A DNA stretch of 64,000 bases from Candidatus Saccharimonadia bacterium (GCA_041743505.1 JBGTMQ010000021.1:521-64520), one strand, 5' to 3'. Positions 49,522 to 59,066 are shown, counted from the first letter of the stretch. Program-made: numbers and translations. Notes: generated by a model not told the origin, from the sequence alone.

Positions 49522-49923
49522 TTACTTGCCTTCATATGCGACTTCGATTTTAATCCTATCGGGGTCTTCAAAATAAACGGCGTAGTAACCTTCGGCGTAT
49601 TCCGGATAAGACTTCGCGCCGCCATAGAGCGCCGGGATGCCACGGGGCTGCAGATATTCTTCTACAAACGTATCAACTGCTTCGGGAGATGAGACACCAA
49701 ACGAGATGTGGTTTAAGCCGGTGTGCTTACGATGAAATGGCGGCTCCTGATAGTCCGGCTTTGTAACCGAGAAGCAAAGAAAGGTGTGGCCGTCGCTGGC
49801 ATCGAAATGATTGCCATCGAGCTTGAGCGTAAAGTTCAGATAGGTCATGAGATCCTTCCAAAAGGGGAAGGATCTTTCTTCGCTGGAGAGGTTGATGCCG
49901 ATATGGCCAAGAGTAGCTTTCAT
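49522..49923 (-). CDS. VOC-family protein (glyoxalase-like)
   Basis: 133 aa from MKATLGHIGINL. ORF extends to 50031. Confidence 0.5.
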   Translation of the reverse strand: MKATLGHIGINLSSEERSFPFWKDLMTYLNFTLKLDGNHFDASDGHTFLCFSVTKPDYQEPPFHRKHTGLNHISFGVSSPEAVDTFVEEYLQPRGIPALYGGAKSYPEYAEGYYAVYFEDPDRIKIEVAYEGK

Positions 49924-50007
49924 GTCCTGTATCTTATCAATCAAAAGCACTCCCTGGAAGGAGCGCTTTTCGATGCATTCATTCGTTAAGGTGTCGAGTG
50001 GTAAGCT

Positions 50008-50388
50008 ATGCGCATGGATACACACCTCCAAGAGCTAGAAAACTTCATGAAAGACTACGAGCAGGCTAACAACAGTCACATCTTTACGAATGTTGCGCCA
50101 TTTATTGCTCCAAATGGAAATTATTGGTTTACGGATGGGTCGTATGCTGGCATTGATGAAATAAGAGATGCAATACAGGCTACCTTCGATAAGATCCAAG
50201 ATGAGCTATATCAGATATCGAATGTGAATTGGCCGGTTATATCGGATACTGCAGCGGCCTGCACGTATAGGTTCTCCTGGGAAGGAACTGTTGATGGCGT
50301 ACATGCTTCTGGCAGCGGCCGCGGCACCAACGTGCTAGAAAAGCGCGATGGATCGTGGAAGATTGTGCACGAGCATCTTAGCCGGTAG
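50008..50388 (+). CDS. SnoaL-like / DUF4440 (NTF2-fold) protein
   Basis: C-terminal GSWKIVHEHLS is typical of the NTF2-like family. Confidence 0.5.
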   Translation: MRMDTHLQELENFMKDYEQANNSHIFTNVAPFIAPNGNYWFTDGSYAGIDEIRDAIQATFDKIQDELYQISNVNWPVISDTAAACTYRFSWEGTVDGVHASGSGRGTNVLEKRDGSWKIVHEHLSR

Positions 50389-50403
50389 CCGCAGAGCTCG
50401 CTC

Positions 50404-51027
50404 CTATTGAAGCAGCGCCTTCCTTAACTCCTGAAGTGAACTAAGTGGAGACCTCCTGATGAAGCTAAGGGCGAAGAACAAGGATGTTATATGCATGCTT
50501 TGATACATAACGCCGGGTTCCGGGTTTTCCATGCTCTCTATGAGCTTATTGAGCGCAATTTTCTCGATAACTAGGCTTTCGCCCGCCTCAAGCTGTTGCT
50601 CTTGGCTGCAATTGCCGCCAATGGCCAGGAACGAATAGACTTTGTTGGTTTGGCTGCCGGGGTTGGGATAACTCACGCCCGTCTGATAGATTTCTCCGCC
50701 TACGTAGCCGATTTCTTCTTCTAGCTCACGCTTAATTCCTACTGTGGGCGAGGGGTCATGTTTTTCGATGCCGCCGCTGACGAATTCGAGGAGGAAATCA
50801 TTTATGGGGTAGCGGTAGTGCCGAACCATAATGAGGTTATTCTCGGAGTCGATAACGACACAATTGGCCCAGTCGTTGTATTCCGACACATAATAAGTGT
50901 CCACGACTCCTCCGGCGGGAGTAACGCATGAGTCTGCCCGAAGCCTGAGCCATTTGTCGTCTACGATGGTCTTTGTGCTGGTTGTTTTCCATTTTTCCAT
51001 ATACATCTCTTTCAGATTAAATCGCAT
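50404..51027 (-). CDS. NUDIX hydrolase
   Basis: Nudix box GGIEKHDPSPTVGIKRELEEEIG. Confidence 0.65.
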   Translation of the reverse strand: MRFNLKEMYMEKWKTTSTKTIVDDKWLRLRADSCVTPAGGVVDTYYVSEYNDWANCVVIDSENNLIMVRHYRYPINDFLLEFVSGGIEKHDPSPTVGIKRELEEEIGYVGGEIYQTGVSYPNPGSQTNKVYSFLAIGGNCSQEQQLEAGESLVIEKIALNKLIESMENPEPGVMYQSMHITSLFFALSFIRRSPLSSLQELRKALLQ

Positions 51028-51221
51028 ACGAGCAAGAGGTTCGATTGTGTTAGTGGTCTACCTCTCCCCTGTCTTCTCATCCTAAGGCCATCCCAAAAAC
51101 CGTCAAGGTCGTTCCAGCTTTTAAGAGCGGGGCTCCACCTTGACGGCTTTCGTGCTGACCTTGGCCCTGGAGCCAGGGGCAGGAGGTCGACCTGCTCGAA
51201 AGAGTAAATGAGGAGGTTGGT

Positions 51222-51536
51222 ATGGAAATTGAACACGCGAGCAAGATTAGTGAGCTGAATGATGCGTTTCGGACGACTGGCCAGGGAGTGACTATTACGT
51301 CTGGTGTCCAGGCGCTGGATGACTTGTATGGCCTGCTGGAGCAGGTGCGGAACTTTGACGAATGGTGGGACGATAGTGATCCCTACGGCGAACATGACTT
51401 TGGTAAATTCATGTGGGGCACGGAGAGGATCTTCTGGAAGATCGATTACTACAATAAGGGTTTGTGTTACTGGGAGGACCCGTTGTCGCCGCGTTGCCAG
51501 CGAATTATGACCGTCATGCTGGCAAGTGAGTATTAG
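51222..51536 (+). CDS. DUF3768-family protein (plasmid/ICE-associated small protein)
   Basis: 104 aa with ...DPYGEHDFGKF... motif. GAGGAGG upstream. Confidence 0.5.
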   Translation: MEIEHASKISELNDAFRTTGQGVTITSGVQALDDLYGLLEQVRNFDEWWDDSDPYGEHDFGKFMWGTERIFWKIDYYNKGLCYWEDPLSPRCQRIMTVMLASEY

Positions 51537-51540
51537 AAAG

Positions 51541-51585
51541 GAGGCTCGGAGTCTTTACGACTGCCGGGCCTCCTTTTTTGCGTCG
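51541..51585 (+). terminator. intrinsic terminator between convergent genes
   Basis: ggaggctcgg...ccgggcctcc followed by tttttt. Confidence 0.5.
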
Positions 51586-52340
51586 AGGATTTGGCTAATT
51601 TGCTTCTGCATAATCACTTCAATCACGAGTTCGTCTTCATACGAGTCCTCGATTTCAGTTTCCGTGAACTTGGACAGCTTGTATTGCATGTTCTGCGTGC
51701 TGCAAATAAACAGAATTACCGGCAGCTCTGAGCCGGTGGCGTCCTCCCAGTCCCCTTCTTCGGCATACTTGATGTATTGCTTGATGCGCTTCATCGCCAC
51801 AAAGAATGGCTGTGCGTCGTCCATCATATCTAGTATGAAATGCCTTTCATTGCCGGCAGCGTCCAAACGCAGATATGCATCAGGCATCGGTTTGGGGAAA
51901 TACTCAAAATTTGAAAGCTCGCTCTTGGTGAAATACCGCAGGCGATCCCCGTATTGTGCCTTAAGCTGGCAATAGAGGCGGAATACGACTAGCCGATGGC
52001 GGATGAAGCGATCTGAAGCAGTTTTGTCCTTATAGGCGCTGTGAAGCACGGTGGGGTCGTATTTTTTCTCCGGCAGGCTCTTAAGCGCTCGTATGCCCTT
52101 TGGCAGCAAGTGAAAAGACGCGTGCTGTCCTAGCAAATGATAGTCCGGCCGATATTTGCGGCCAATGTACTCTTGGACCAGCAGTGTCTTTAGGCGGCGG
52201 TTCATTTCACTTTTATCTTTTTTGCCTAGGCTCTTAGCGAGTAGGTCCGTGGTTGCGAAGCGAAAGCGATAGATTAAATGAAGTATGGAGATTTGTTTGT
52301 CATTGAGTGACTTATGGGATGTGGGCTGATGTGTACTCAT
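51555..52340 (-). CDS. replication-relaxation-family-like wHTH protein
   Basis: N-terminal wHTH (QISILHLIYRFRFATTDLLAKSLG). The architecture resembles Replic_Relax proteins of actinobacterial plasmids. Tentative. Confidence 0.35.
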   Translation of the reverse strand: MSTHQPTSHKSLNDKQISILHLIYRFRFATTDLLAKSLGKKDKSEMNRRLKTLLVQEYIGRKYRPDYHLLGQHASFHLLPKGIRALKSLPEKKYDPTVLHSAYKDKTASDRFIRHRLVVFRLYCQLKAQYGDRLRYFTKSELSNFEYFPKPMPDAYLRLDAAGNERHFILDMMDDAQPFFVAMKRIKQYIKYAEEGDWEDATGSELPVILFICSTQNMQYKLSKFTETEIEDSYEDELVIEVIMQKQISQILDAKKEARQS

Positions 52341-52440
52341 AGCGTCTCCAGTATATAGGTATAAATATTAAGGAGACTAATACATCTCGATTGTAGGCTG
52401 AATCATAAATCTTATAGATCTTTGCGAAAAGGCCTATAAG

Positions 52441-53658
52441 CTATTTTGTCGCGCGCCGTAAAAGTACTACGCCTAATCCGGCCGCGATCACCGAGGTCAA
52501 TAAGATGCTCAGCTTTGCAGCGGCGTGCAGCCCAAACTCCGCATCGAACGAGAGGTCCGCTACGAATAAAGCTACGGTGAAGCCAATGCCCGCAACGCTG
52601 GAGACGCCAAGCATTTGACTCCAATTAGCACCCTTTGGCAGCCGGGCAATCCCCAGGCGAATCAATAGCCAGGAAGTGCCCGTAATTCCGACGATTTTGC
52701 CGACTAGCAATCCCCCGAATATTCCTAGTCCAACTGTGACCGCCGCAGGCTCATTAAATGGAACTCCGGCTAGTGTAACGCCAGCGTTCGCTAGCGCAAA
52801 CAAGGGGATTATGACGAAGGTGGCGACCGGGAAGAGTAATCTTTCTAGCCGCTCCCCAACCGATAGGCCGCCGAGACCACCGGCCGCAACGGGTGCGAAC
52901 AAGCCGATAATAGCCCCGGCGATGCTAGCCTGCACGCCAGCCATATGAAGGCAATACCAGAGCGCCGCCGTGAGGATGAGAAAGATTGGTACGCCCACCC
53001 GAGTGAATCGTTTTAGCCATAGGGCCAGACCGATCACTCCAAACGCACCTAGCAGGGGCAGCATTGTTAGACTGCCTGAATAAAACACTCCTATGACGAA
53101 GATCGCGCCAATATCATCGACAATAGCTAGGACGAGCAAGAACAGCTTCAGCGAATACGGAACCCGGCTGCCGAGGGCTGCCAATACGGCGGAGGCAAAT
53201 ACGATGTCGGTTGCCATGGGGATGGCCCAGCCATGACTGCCGGCGCCGGTTAGATTGAATTTGAGATAGATAAGCGCAGGGACGATCATGCCGCCGATTG
53301 CGGCCAGGGTTGGCAAAAGAGCTGTGCGTGCGCCGCGTAATTCGCCCCTCACAAATTCACGCTTAATCTCTAAACCGACCACTAGAAAGAAAATGGTCAT
53401 GAAGCCTTCGTTGATGAGATGGCGCCAACCCGACCAGGCAGCCTCATAGCCGCCAAGCAACGATGTATTGGCCCATAGCAGTGCTAGGACGGTAGCCACA
53501 AGGAGAGCTACCCCACCGGCGGCTTCGGCTACTATGAAGTCCCGAAATGGCCACGGGAGGAACCGGCGAATATGAAAGAGAACCGCTACTCGGTGGTCAT
53601 TTGGCTTATGCAAGACTGGCTCCGCTTTTAGAAAGGTCGACCAGACTTCCCGACGCAC
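52441..53658 (-). CDS. nhaA: Na+/H+ antiporter NhaA
   Basis: Signature FFLVVGLEIKREF and polytopic topology. GC-rich. Confidence 0.8.
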   Translation of the reverse strand: MRREVWSTFLKAEPVLHKPNDHRVAVLFHIRRFLPWPFRDFIVAEAAGGVALLVATVLALLWANTSLLGGYEAAWSGWRHLINEGFMTIFFLVVGLEIKREFVRGELRGARTALLPTLAAIGGMIVPALIYLKFNLTGAGSHGWAIPMATDIVFASAVLAALGSRVPYSLKLFLLVLAIVDDIGAIFVIGVFYSGSLTMLPLLGAFGVIGLALWLKRFTRVGVPIFLILTAALWYCLHMAGVQASIAGAIIGLFAPVAAGGLGGLSVGERLERLLFPVATFVIIPLFALANAGVTLAGVPFNEPAAVTVGLGIFGGLLVGKIVGITGTSWLLIRLGIARLPKGANWSQMLGVSSVAGIGFTVALFVADLSFDAEFGLHAAAKLSILLTSVIAAGLGVVLLRRATK

Positions 53659-53968
53659 CTAGAAGCTATTGATTGAGGCGTTATCGCCCCGATATATGCT
53701 TTATTTTAGCACAATTGCCTTGCCTGAAATCGAAGGTAAATCCCTTGCCTCTATACCTATAGATATAGTAAACTATATTCATAGGTATAATAATGCTACG
53801 CGGGGGGCGATATGGGGCGCACAAAGGGCTCAAAGAATAAGAGCGAACTGGTGAGGCCTACGACCTCCGCTCTGACCTCGGAGGGCAGAATTCAATTTCT
53901 AGCAAACCTCATGATTGATCGGGTACTTGGCGACCCAGGCGATCCAAGTAAGAAGGCGGAGGCCTACG

Positions 53969-55711
53969 ATGAATGATTTCCCGCCAAAGGAAAATGGTGT
54001 TGCAGCAATCCGCGTGTCTTCCGTCAAGCAAGGTACTGAGGGCGACTCGCCGGAGGCTCAAAAAGAGCAAATGGCGCAGTTTTTTATGTCTCAAAATCTC
54101 AATCTGAAGAAAGTGTTTATCTTTTTGGAGTCGGCTTCGAAGGACGAGCAGCCGATGCAGGAGGCCATCGACTACTGCAAGGACCCCAAGAACGATATTC
54201 AAGTTTTTGTCATAAAATCGATCGACCGTTTCACTAGGGGTGGCTCCTACTCTTATGATTTCCTTAAGATGCAGCTTGAACGATACAACGTAAAGCTCGT
54301 CGATATATACGGCATAATTAGTTCGCAAAAGATCAACACTTTGGCCCATTTAGGTGTCGAGTATAAGTGGAGTGTGTTTTCCCCCTCTAAGAAGTCCGAA
54401 ATACTTGAGGCTGAGCGTGCTAAAGACGAGATGCGCGATATTATGAGCCGCATGATCGGTGCAGAGATCCGCTACGCCCGTATGGGGTACTGGATACGCA
54501 GAGCGCCCTACGGCTTTGACACGGATAAGCTAGAGACATCGAATGGTAAACGCTGCATTCTGAGGCCAAATGCCTCAGAGGCGCCGTTTGTTATTAAAAT
54601 GTTTGAGCTGAGAGCCCGGGGCACCTTAACGGATGAGCAAATAGTCGAGGAAATCAACCGGCTCGGATATAAATCCAGACTCAAGAAAAAGCGAGATAAG
54701 CACGACAAGACTACGATTGTCGGGCAAACGGGCGGAAATGAGCTTAACCTGAAGCACTTCCTTAAGTTTGTTCAGTACCCCATATACGCCGGCATAAATA
54801 CGGAGAAATGGACACAAGGAAAGGCGACAAAATGTAAGTTTGAGGGTCTCGTCTCGATTGATCTCTTCAACGCCGCAAATAAAGGCAAGCTGACAATCGT
54901 GGAGGAGAACGGTGAAGTGGCGCTCTATAGAATAAGGCCGCCAGAGTACCGCATAACCAAGGGTGTAAAAAATCCCGAGTTCCCTTATAAGAAATATGTC
55001 ATGTGCCCGACCTGCGAAAAGCCCCTTTATGGGAGCGCATCCAAGGGTAGATTAGGCAAGTACTATCCTGCCTATCATTGTAATAGCCGCGGTCACTACT
55101 TTAGGGTGCCATCCAGAGACTTCGAAGAAACGATTACTAAGTTCGTGAAAAATCTTCAAGTCTCGCCGGAATATATTGATGCACTCGTGGAGGCCGTCGT
55201 AACGGAATGGGAGAAGCGTGAAAAGGAACTTCATAAGGACGACGTAAATATTGATGCCCGCATTGCTGAGCTGAAGGCTCAGGCGCGAATGACGGCCGAT
55301 AAAATTCGCTTTCTGAATTCAGAAGTAGCGATTAAGTATATTGAAGAAGACTTGCTAAAAATAGAGGGGCAAATTGCTATGCTGATTGCAGAAAAAGCTA
55401 ACGCGACGGTTCAAGAACCCATAAATATAAGGGTCATTATGGAGAAGGTAAAATATTTTCTGGAACACCTAGATGAACTGCTACTCTACCAGATCAATCC
55501 ACTCGCAAAAGCAGCTTATTTTGGGGTTATTTGGGACAAGGCTCCAACGTACCAGGAAATACTTTCTGGAACCCAAGATTTATCCCTCTGCGAAGGGCTA
55601 AATGAAGTGTTTAAACTTAAGAATATGGAAAATGATTCAATGGTGGGCCATCAGGGACTCGAACCCTGGACACGGAGATTAAGAGTCTCCTGCTCTAACC
55701 AACTGAGCTAA
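53969..55711 (+). CDS. large serine recombinase (integrase)
   Basis: Resolvase N-terminal catalytic domain AAIRVSSVKQ...DSPEAQ, recombinase domain, Cys-rich zinc ribbon (CPTCEK...CNSRGH), coiled-coil. GGAGG upstream of ATG 53969. 3' end overlaps the antisense tRNA-Lys. Confidence 0.75.
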   Translation: MNDFPPKENGVAAIRVSSVKQGTEGDSPEAQKEQMAQFFMSQNLNLKKVFIFLESASKDEQPMQEAIDYCKDPKNDIQVFVIKSIDRFTRGGSYSYDFLKMQLERYNVKLVDIYGIISSQKINTLAHLGVEYKWSVFSPSKKSEILEAERAKDEMRDIMSRMIGAEIRYARMGYWIRRAPYGFDTDKLETSNGKRCILRPNASEAPFVIKMFELRARGTLTDEQIVEEINRLGYKSRLKKKRDKHDKTTIVGQTGGNELNLKHFLKFVQYPIYAGINTEKWTQGKATKCKFEGLVSIDLFNAANKGKLTIVEENGEVALYRIRPPEYRITKGVKNPEFPYKKYVMCPTCEKPLYGSASKGRLGKYYPAYHCNSRGHYFRVPSRDFEETITKFVKNLQVSPEYIDALVEAVVTEWEKREKELHKDDVNIDARIAELKAQARMTADKIRFLNSEVAIKYIEEDLLKIEGQIAMLIAEKANATVQEPINIRVIMEKVKYFLEHLDELLLYQINPLAKAAYFGVIWDKAPTYQEILSGTQDLSLCEGLNEVFKLKNMENDSMVGHQGLEPWTRRLRVSCSNQLS

Positions 55712-55717
55712 TGGCCC
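55641..55717 (-). tRNA. tRNA-Lys (anticodon CTT), CCA encoded
   Basis: Hand-folded cloverleaf. Acceptor GGGCCAT/ATGGCCC, D-arm GCTC..GAGC, anticodon stem GGAGA/TCTCC with loop CTCTTAA, T-arm CAGGG-TTCGAGT-CCCTG, discriminator A plus CCA. Confidence 0.85.
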
Positions 55718-55734
55718 GCATGATTGTAAACGCC

Positions 55735-55810
55735 TGGTGCGCCCGGAGGGACTCGAACCCCCGACACCGTGGTCCGAAGCCACGTGCTCTATCCACTGAG
55801 CTACGAGCGC
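55735..55810 (-). tRNA. tRNA-Arg (anticodon TCG), CCA encoded
   Basis: Acceptor GCGCTCG/CGGGCGC (one G-T wobble), D-arm GCTC..GAGC, anticodon stem CGTGG/CCACG with loop CTTCGGA, T-arm GGGGG-TTCGAGT-CCCTC, ACCA 3' end. Confidence 0.8.
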
Positions 55811-55839
55811 ACGTAGCGGATTTCCGGCGCAACTTAGCT

Positions 55840-55848
55840 TTTATAGCA
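55840..55848 (-). promoter_or_regulatory. candidate extended -10 (TGcTATAAA) for the tRNA pair
   Basis: Minus strand reads tgctataaa about 30 nt upstream of the tRNA-Arg 5' end. Confidence 0.3.
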
Positions 55849-55865
55849 CAAACTAAGCGGGTTGA

Positions 55866-56855
55866 CTAGACAGGTGCGCCGCTTGTTGGTGGCGGACCGG
55901 TTTTTTTGTGCCAGCCCGGGAAATGCTCGTCGAGATAGTGGCGCATAATGAGGGCGGCGCTGACGCCTTCGCCAACGGCGCTGCCGATTTGCCAGGTTGA
56001 GCCACTGCGAACGTCGCCGGCGACGAACACACCGGGCAGGTTGGTTTGAAACGAGTTGTCGGACAGGACGAAGCCCCGGTCGTCGGCGGCTACGCCGTTT
56101 AGGCCGTGAGTGTTGGGCAACAGGCCGATGAACACAAACACCCCATCGGTTTCAAGCCGGTTAGTCGTGTCGCCGGTTTGTTGTTCGATGAGGATGGGTG
56201 ATGCGGGACTCGTTCGTGCTAGACGATTGACCTTGGTATTGTAGTGCACGCGGATATGTTTTTCCGCGGCGACTGCCCGCTCTAGAATGTCGCTGCCGTT
56301 AAATGCTTCGCCCCTGACTAGGATATCGACGGAGGAAGCGAAGTGAGCCAGGAACAAGCTCTCCTGCAGAGCGGAATTACCGCCGCCGATGACTGCTAGG
56401 CGTTTGTTTCTGTAGAGGGGGCCGTCGCAGGTGGCACAGTAATGGACGCCCCGGCCAATCAGCTCGGCTTCGCCGGGCACACCAAGCCGGCGGTACGTGG
56501 AGCCAGTGGTTATGAGAGCGGCTCTAGCCTGAATGACGGTATCACCAACTTCAATAGAGACCGCTTTATCTTTTGTGGAAATGCCCGTAACTTCATGAAA
56601 GGGTGCTAAGGCTGCGCCGAAACGCTCGGCTTGAGCAGTCATTTCGTCAGTTAGCGCCAGGCCGCCAACGCCTTTACTGAAGCCTGGGTAGTTATCGATG
56701 GTCTCGGTGATAGCGGCCATACCGCCGAAGGCGGTTTTATCCAGTACCAACGTTTTCATACCCTCGCGAGCCGTGTAAACGGCTGCGGATAGCCCGGCCG
56801 GACCGCCGCCGATGATTACGGTGTCGTATTTTTGTTGTAGTACATCCTCTGCCAT
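55866..56855 (-). CDS. trxB: thioredoxin-disulfide reductase
   Basis: FAD motif VIIGGGPAGLSAA, redox centre CATCDG, NADPH motif VIGGGNSA. Confidence 0.85.
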   Translation of the reverse strand: MAEDVLQQKYDTVIIGGGPAGLSAAVYTAREGMKTLVLDKTAFGGMAAITETIDNYPGFSKGVGGLALTDEMTAQAERFGAALAPFHEVTGISTKDKAVSIEVGDTVIQARAALITTGSTYRRLGVPGEAELIGRGVHYCATCDGPLYRNKRLAVIGGGNSALQESLFLAHFASSVDILVRGEAFNGSDILERAVAAEKHIRVHYNTKVNRLARTSPASPILIEQQTGDTTNRLETDGVFVFIGLLPNTHGLNGVAADDRGFVLSDNSFQTNLPGVFVAGDVRSGSTWQIGSAVGEGVSAALIMRHYLDEHFPGWHKKTGPPPTSGAPV

Positions 56856-56860
56856 GACCG

Positions 56861-57109
56861 CTAGAGCCCAAGCACTTGCTTGAATTTGGCCTGGTCAAAG
56901 CCGAGGATTTTGGTTTGGGCGCCGGCTTTATCTTTTAGGACGGTAAATGGTACCCCAATGGCGCCGTCGTTAACGCTCATGAACTCTGCCATGGCAGCCG
57001 GGTCTTCATCAGTTACCTTATTGGTGTAGGCAATGCCTTGGCTGTCGAGCCAGGTCTTAAGCGCATGACAAAAGTTGCAGGTGGTGGTGGAGTAAATCGT
57101 AATATCCAT
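56861..57109 (-). CDS. glutaredoxin-like protein (NrdH/Grx fold)
   Basis: 82 aa with CNFC active site near the N-terminus. Confidence 0.6.
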   Translation of the reverse strand: MDITIYSTTTCNFCHALKTWLDSQGIAYTNKVTDEDPAAMAEFMSVNDGAIGVPFTVLKDKAGAQTKILGFDQAKFKQVLGL

Positions 57110-57146
57110 AGAAATTCCTTATAAAGTTATATTAACTACCATTGGA

Positions 57147-57896
57147 CTATTTTAGGCTTGATTCTTTGGGTAGTAATTGTTCCTCCAGCTTGGTGACATC
57201 AAATGGCAAGTGCTCAATGGCCCAGGCCTGAAACTGTTTGTCGTAGCCTAGTGCGACGGCCAGGCCAACGATGATCAGGACTATGGCTAGACTCCGACGA
57301 AACCAACCGTTGGGATTAGCTGTCCAGCCCAGTCGTTTGGTGAGCTTTTGGCCGGCCAAGGCGATGGCCAGCAGCGCTAGGCTGAGTCCGAGGGCGTAGG
57401 CCACAATGTACACCAAGCCGAGGGCTAGGTTGACGGGTAAGACGGTGGCCAGAACCAACGCATACACGGGGCTGCAGCTGGAAAAAACTGGTCCCAGGGC
57501 GGCTCCGGTGAGGATTTGACCGCCGAGGCCCGAGCGTTTGGACGCCGCGGCTAGAAACTCGTTGGAGCCTTGCTCGAACCCAATTTTGGTGCTGATGCTG
57601 ACCCATAGATTCGGGAAGAGCATGGTGATGCCTAGGAGTACGACGATGCCACCGGATAGATACAGCCAGACGTCAGGATCTACTCCGATCAAGACGGTCG
57701 AGGCTTTTAAGAGCAAGGTAAAGGCTACGACCGAGAGGCCGAGGCTTAAGGCAATGACGTAGGGCTTTTTACGGTCGAGTTTCGCATCGCCATCCGATAA
57801 TGCTGAACTGCCAACGATGACCGGCAGGAGCGGTAGTATGCACGGTGCTAGTGAGGTGAGTACTCCGGCAAGAAATGATGCGATCAGTAGGAACAT
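57147..57896 (-). CDS. ccdA: cytochrome-c-biogenesis/thiol-disulfide transporter CcdA (DsbD family)
   Basis: N-terminus MFLLIASFLAGVLTSLAPCILPLLP with conserved Cys, and a second conserved Cys in ...GPVFSSCSPVYALV... Confidence 0.7.
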   Translation of the reverse strand: MFLLIASFLAGVLTSLAPCILPLLPVIVGSSALSDGDAKLDRKKPYVIALSLGLSVVAFTLLLKASTVLIGVDPDVWLYLSGGIVVLLGITMLFPNLWVSISTKIGFEQGSNEFLAAASKRSGLGGQILTGAALGPVFSSCSPVYALVLATVLPVNLALGLVYIVAYALGLSLALLAIALAGQKLTKRLGWTANPNGWFRRSLAIVLIIVGLAVALGYDKQFQAWAIEHLPFDVTKLEEQLLPKESSLK

Positions 57897-57935
57897 GATT
57901 TTACCCTTATCAAATTGTAGTTAGTTTTTGGTAGC

Positions 57936-58421
57936 TTAAATAGCCTGGGCTTTAAGTTCATCGTAGGTGTCGCTGCCATGCCACTTCTTTAGGAGTTTGC
58001 CATCTTTGTCGACCTGCACAAAGGTGTGCTGCATGGTAACGCCATATTTTTGCTTAATTTCCGTCGATTTGTCGTAATCAAGCTTTAGAACCGTCAAGCC
58101 GTCGGGTGCACTGGCGGCATTGAAGTTCTTATTGGCCTGCCGGCAAGTTGGACACCAGACTGCACTAAAGAACAACACGACATCGCCATTTTCGGCGTTA
58201 GCCAGCTTGGCCTGGTCATAGTCGCCAAAACTGCCTTTGGCGGCCACAGCGCCACTGTCTTTGGCCGTCTGATCTTTTTGTGTGGGCTGGTTCTGGCCGG
58301 CCGACGGGGTGTTAGAAGTTGTTTTGGGATCTGGGGATTGGTTTGAGAGAGCTAGTGCTCCGCCTCCTAGCACCACCAGTGCCAGGGCGGCAATCACGAT
58401 ATATTTCTTTGCCATGAACAT
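57936..58421 (-). CDS. membrane-anchored thioredoxin-like protein (TlpA/ResA-like)
   Basis: Signal anchor plus WCPTC CxxC motif. Confidence 0.65.
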   Translation of the reverse strand: MFMAKKYIVIAALALVVLGGGALALSNQSPDPKTTSNTPSAGQNQPTQKDQTAKDSGAVAAKGSFGDYDQAKLANAENGDVVLFFSAVWCPTCRQANKNFNAASAPDGLTVLKLDYDKSTEIKQKYGVTMQHTFVQVDKDGKLLKKWHGSDTYDELKAQAI

Positions 58422-58485
58422 AATTCCTTGTATTAATGGTACGCCTTAAAGTGTAACCTGACGACCACAATATGTCAAGTTAACT

Positions 58486-58863
58486 TTACTTTTGAATATA
58501 TTTGCCAAGCAATTTGGCGATGATCATTACTACCAGAGCCACCACCAGGAGGGTGGCATCTTCGTGACGCAGTGTCTGTATAACTACCCCAGCAGACAAC
58601 ACTATTGACCCGGCTAGAAACCCGAGGCGATCGGATGCCATTATTAACTGCGCTTCGCGTTCATCGCGGGGCTGCTCGCGCCAGATAAGCATGGCGAAGA
58701 GGGCGAAGAGGGCGACAAAAATGCCGGCTGCCAGCATTACCACCGCACCGGGCATGAACGATGCGACTAGCTTCGAGCAGAGCACAAGACAGAATACTGC
58801 CAGGCCACCGACTAATATGTCGCTCTTGCTATCATCTCGTGAGAAAAAATCTTTCATAGCCAA
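58486..58863 (-). CDS. small membrane protein (DUF2178-like) co-transcribed with XRE regulator
   Basis: Four hydrophobic segments. 10-nt overlap with the upstream HTH gene. Confidence 0.45.
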   Translation of the reverse strand: MAMKDFFSRDDSKSDILVGGLAVFCLVLCSKLVASFMPGAVVMLAAGIFVALFALFAMLIWREQPRDEREAQLIMASDRLGFLAGSIVLSAGVVIQTLRHEDATLLVVALVVMIIAKLLGKYIQK

Positions 58864-59066
58864 AATAGCTCTCCGATTGGTTTTTTTAATGCCTGAGCTA
58901 GCTTTAATGCAAGTAGCACGCTAGGGGTATAATTGCCTTTTTCAATTGCAATAATGGTCTGGCGTGTTACGCCAACCATATCTGCAAGTTGCGCCTGGGT
59001 CAGCCGGGCGCTTTTTCTGGTCTGCTCCACGCAGTTATTGGGTGTGTCGGTGATTTTTATAAACAT
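58854..59066 (-). CDS. XRE-family HTH transcriptional regulator
   Basis: ARLTQAQLADMVGVTRQTIIAIEKGNYTPSVLLALKLAQAL. Confidence 0.7.
   Translation of the reverse strand: MFIKITDTPNNCVEQTRKSARLTQAQLADMVGVTRQTIIAIEKGNYTPSVLLALKLAQALKKPIGELFWL

Noticed and set aside
53915-53968. Upstream start (53915) for the serine recombinase
   Set aside because: GGAGG sits 6 nt before ATG 53969, and resolvase-domain homology begins right after that Met.
55735-55812. 78-nt extent for tRNA-Arg
   Set aside because: Acceptor stem only pairs properly if the 5' end is at 55810 (GCGCTCG/CGGGCGC). The extra GT is outside the tRNA.
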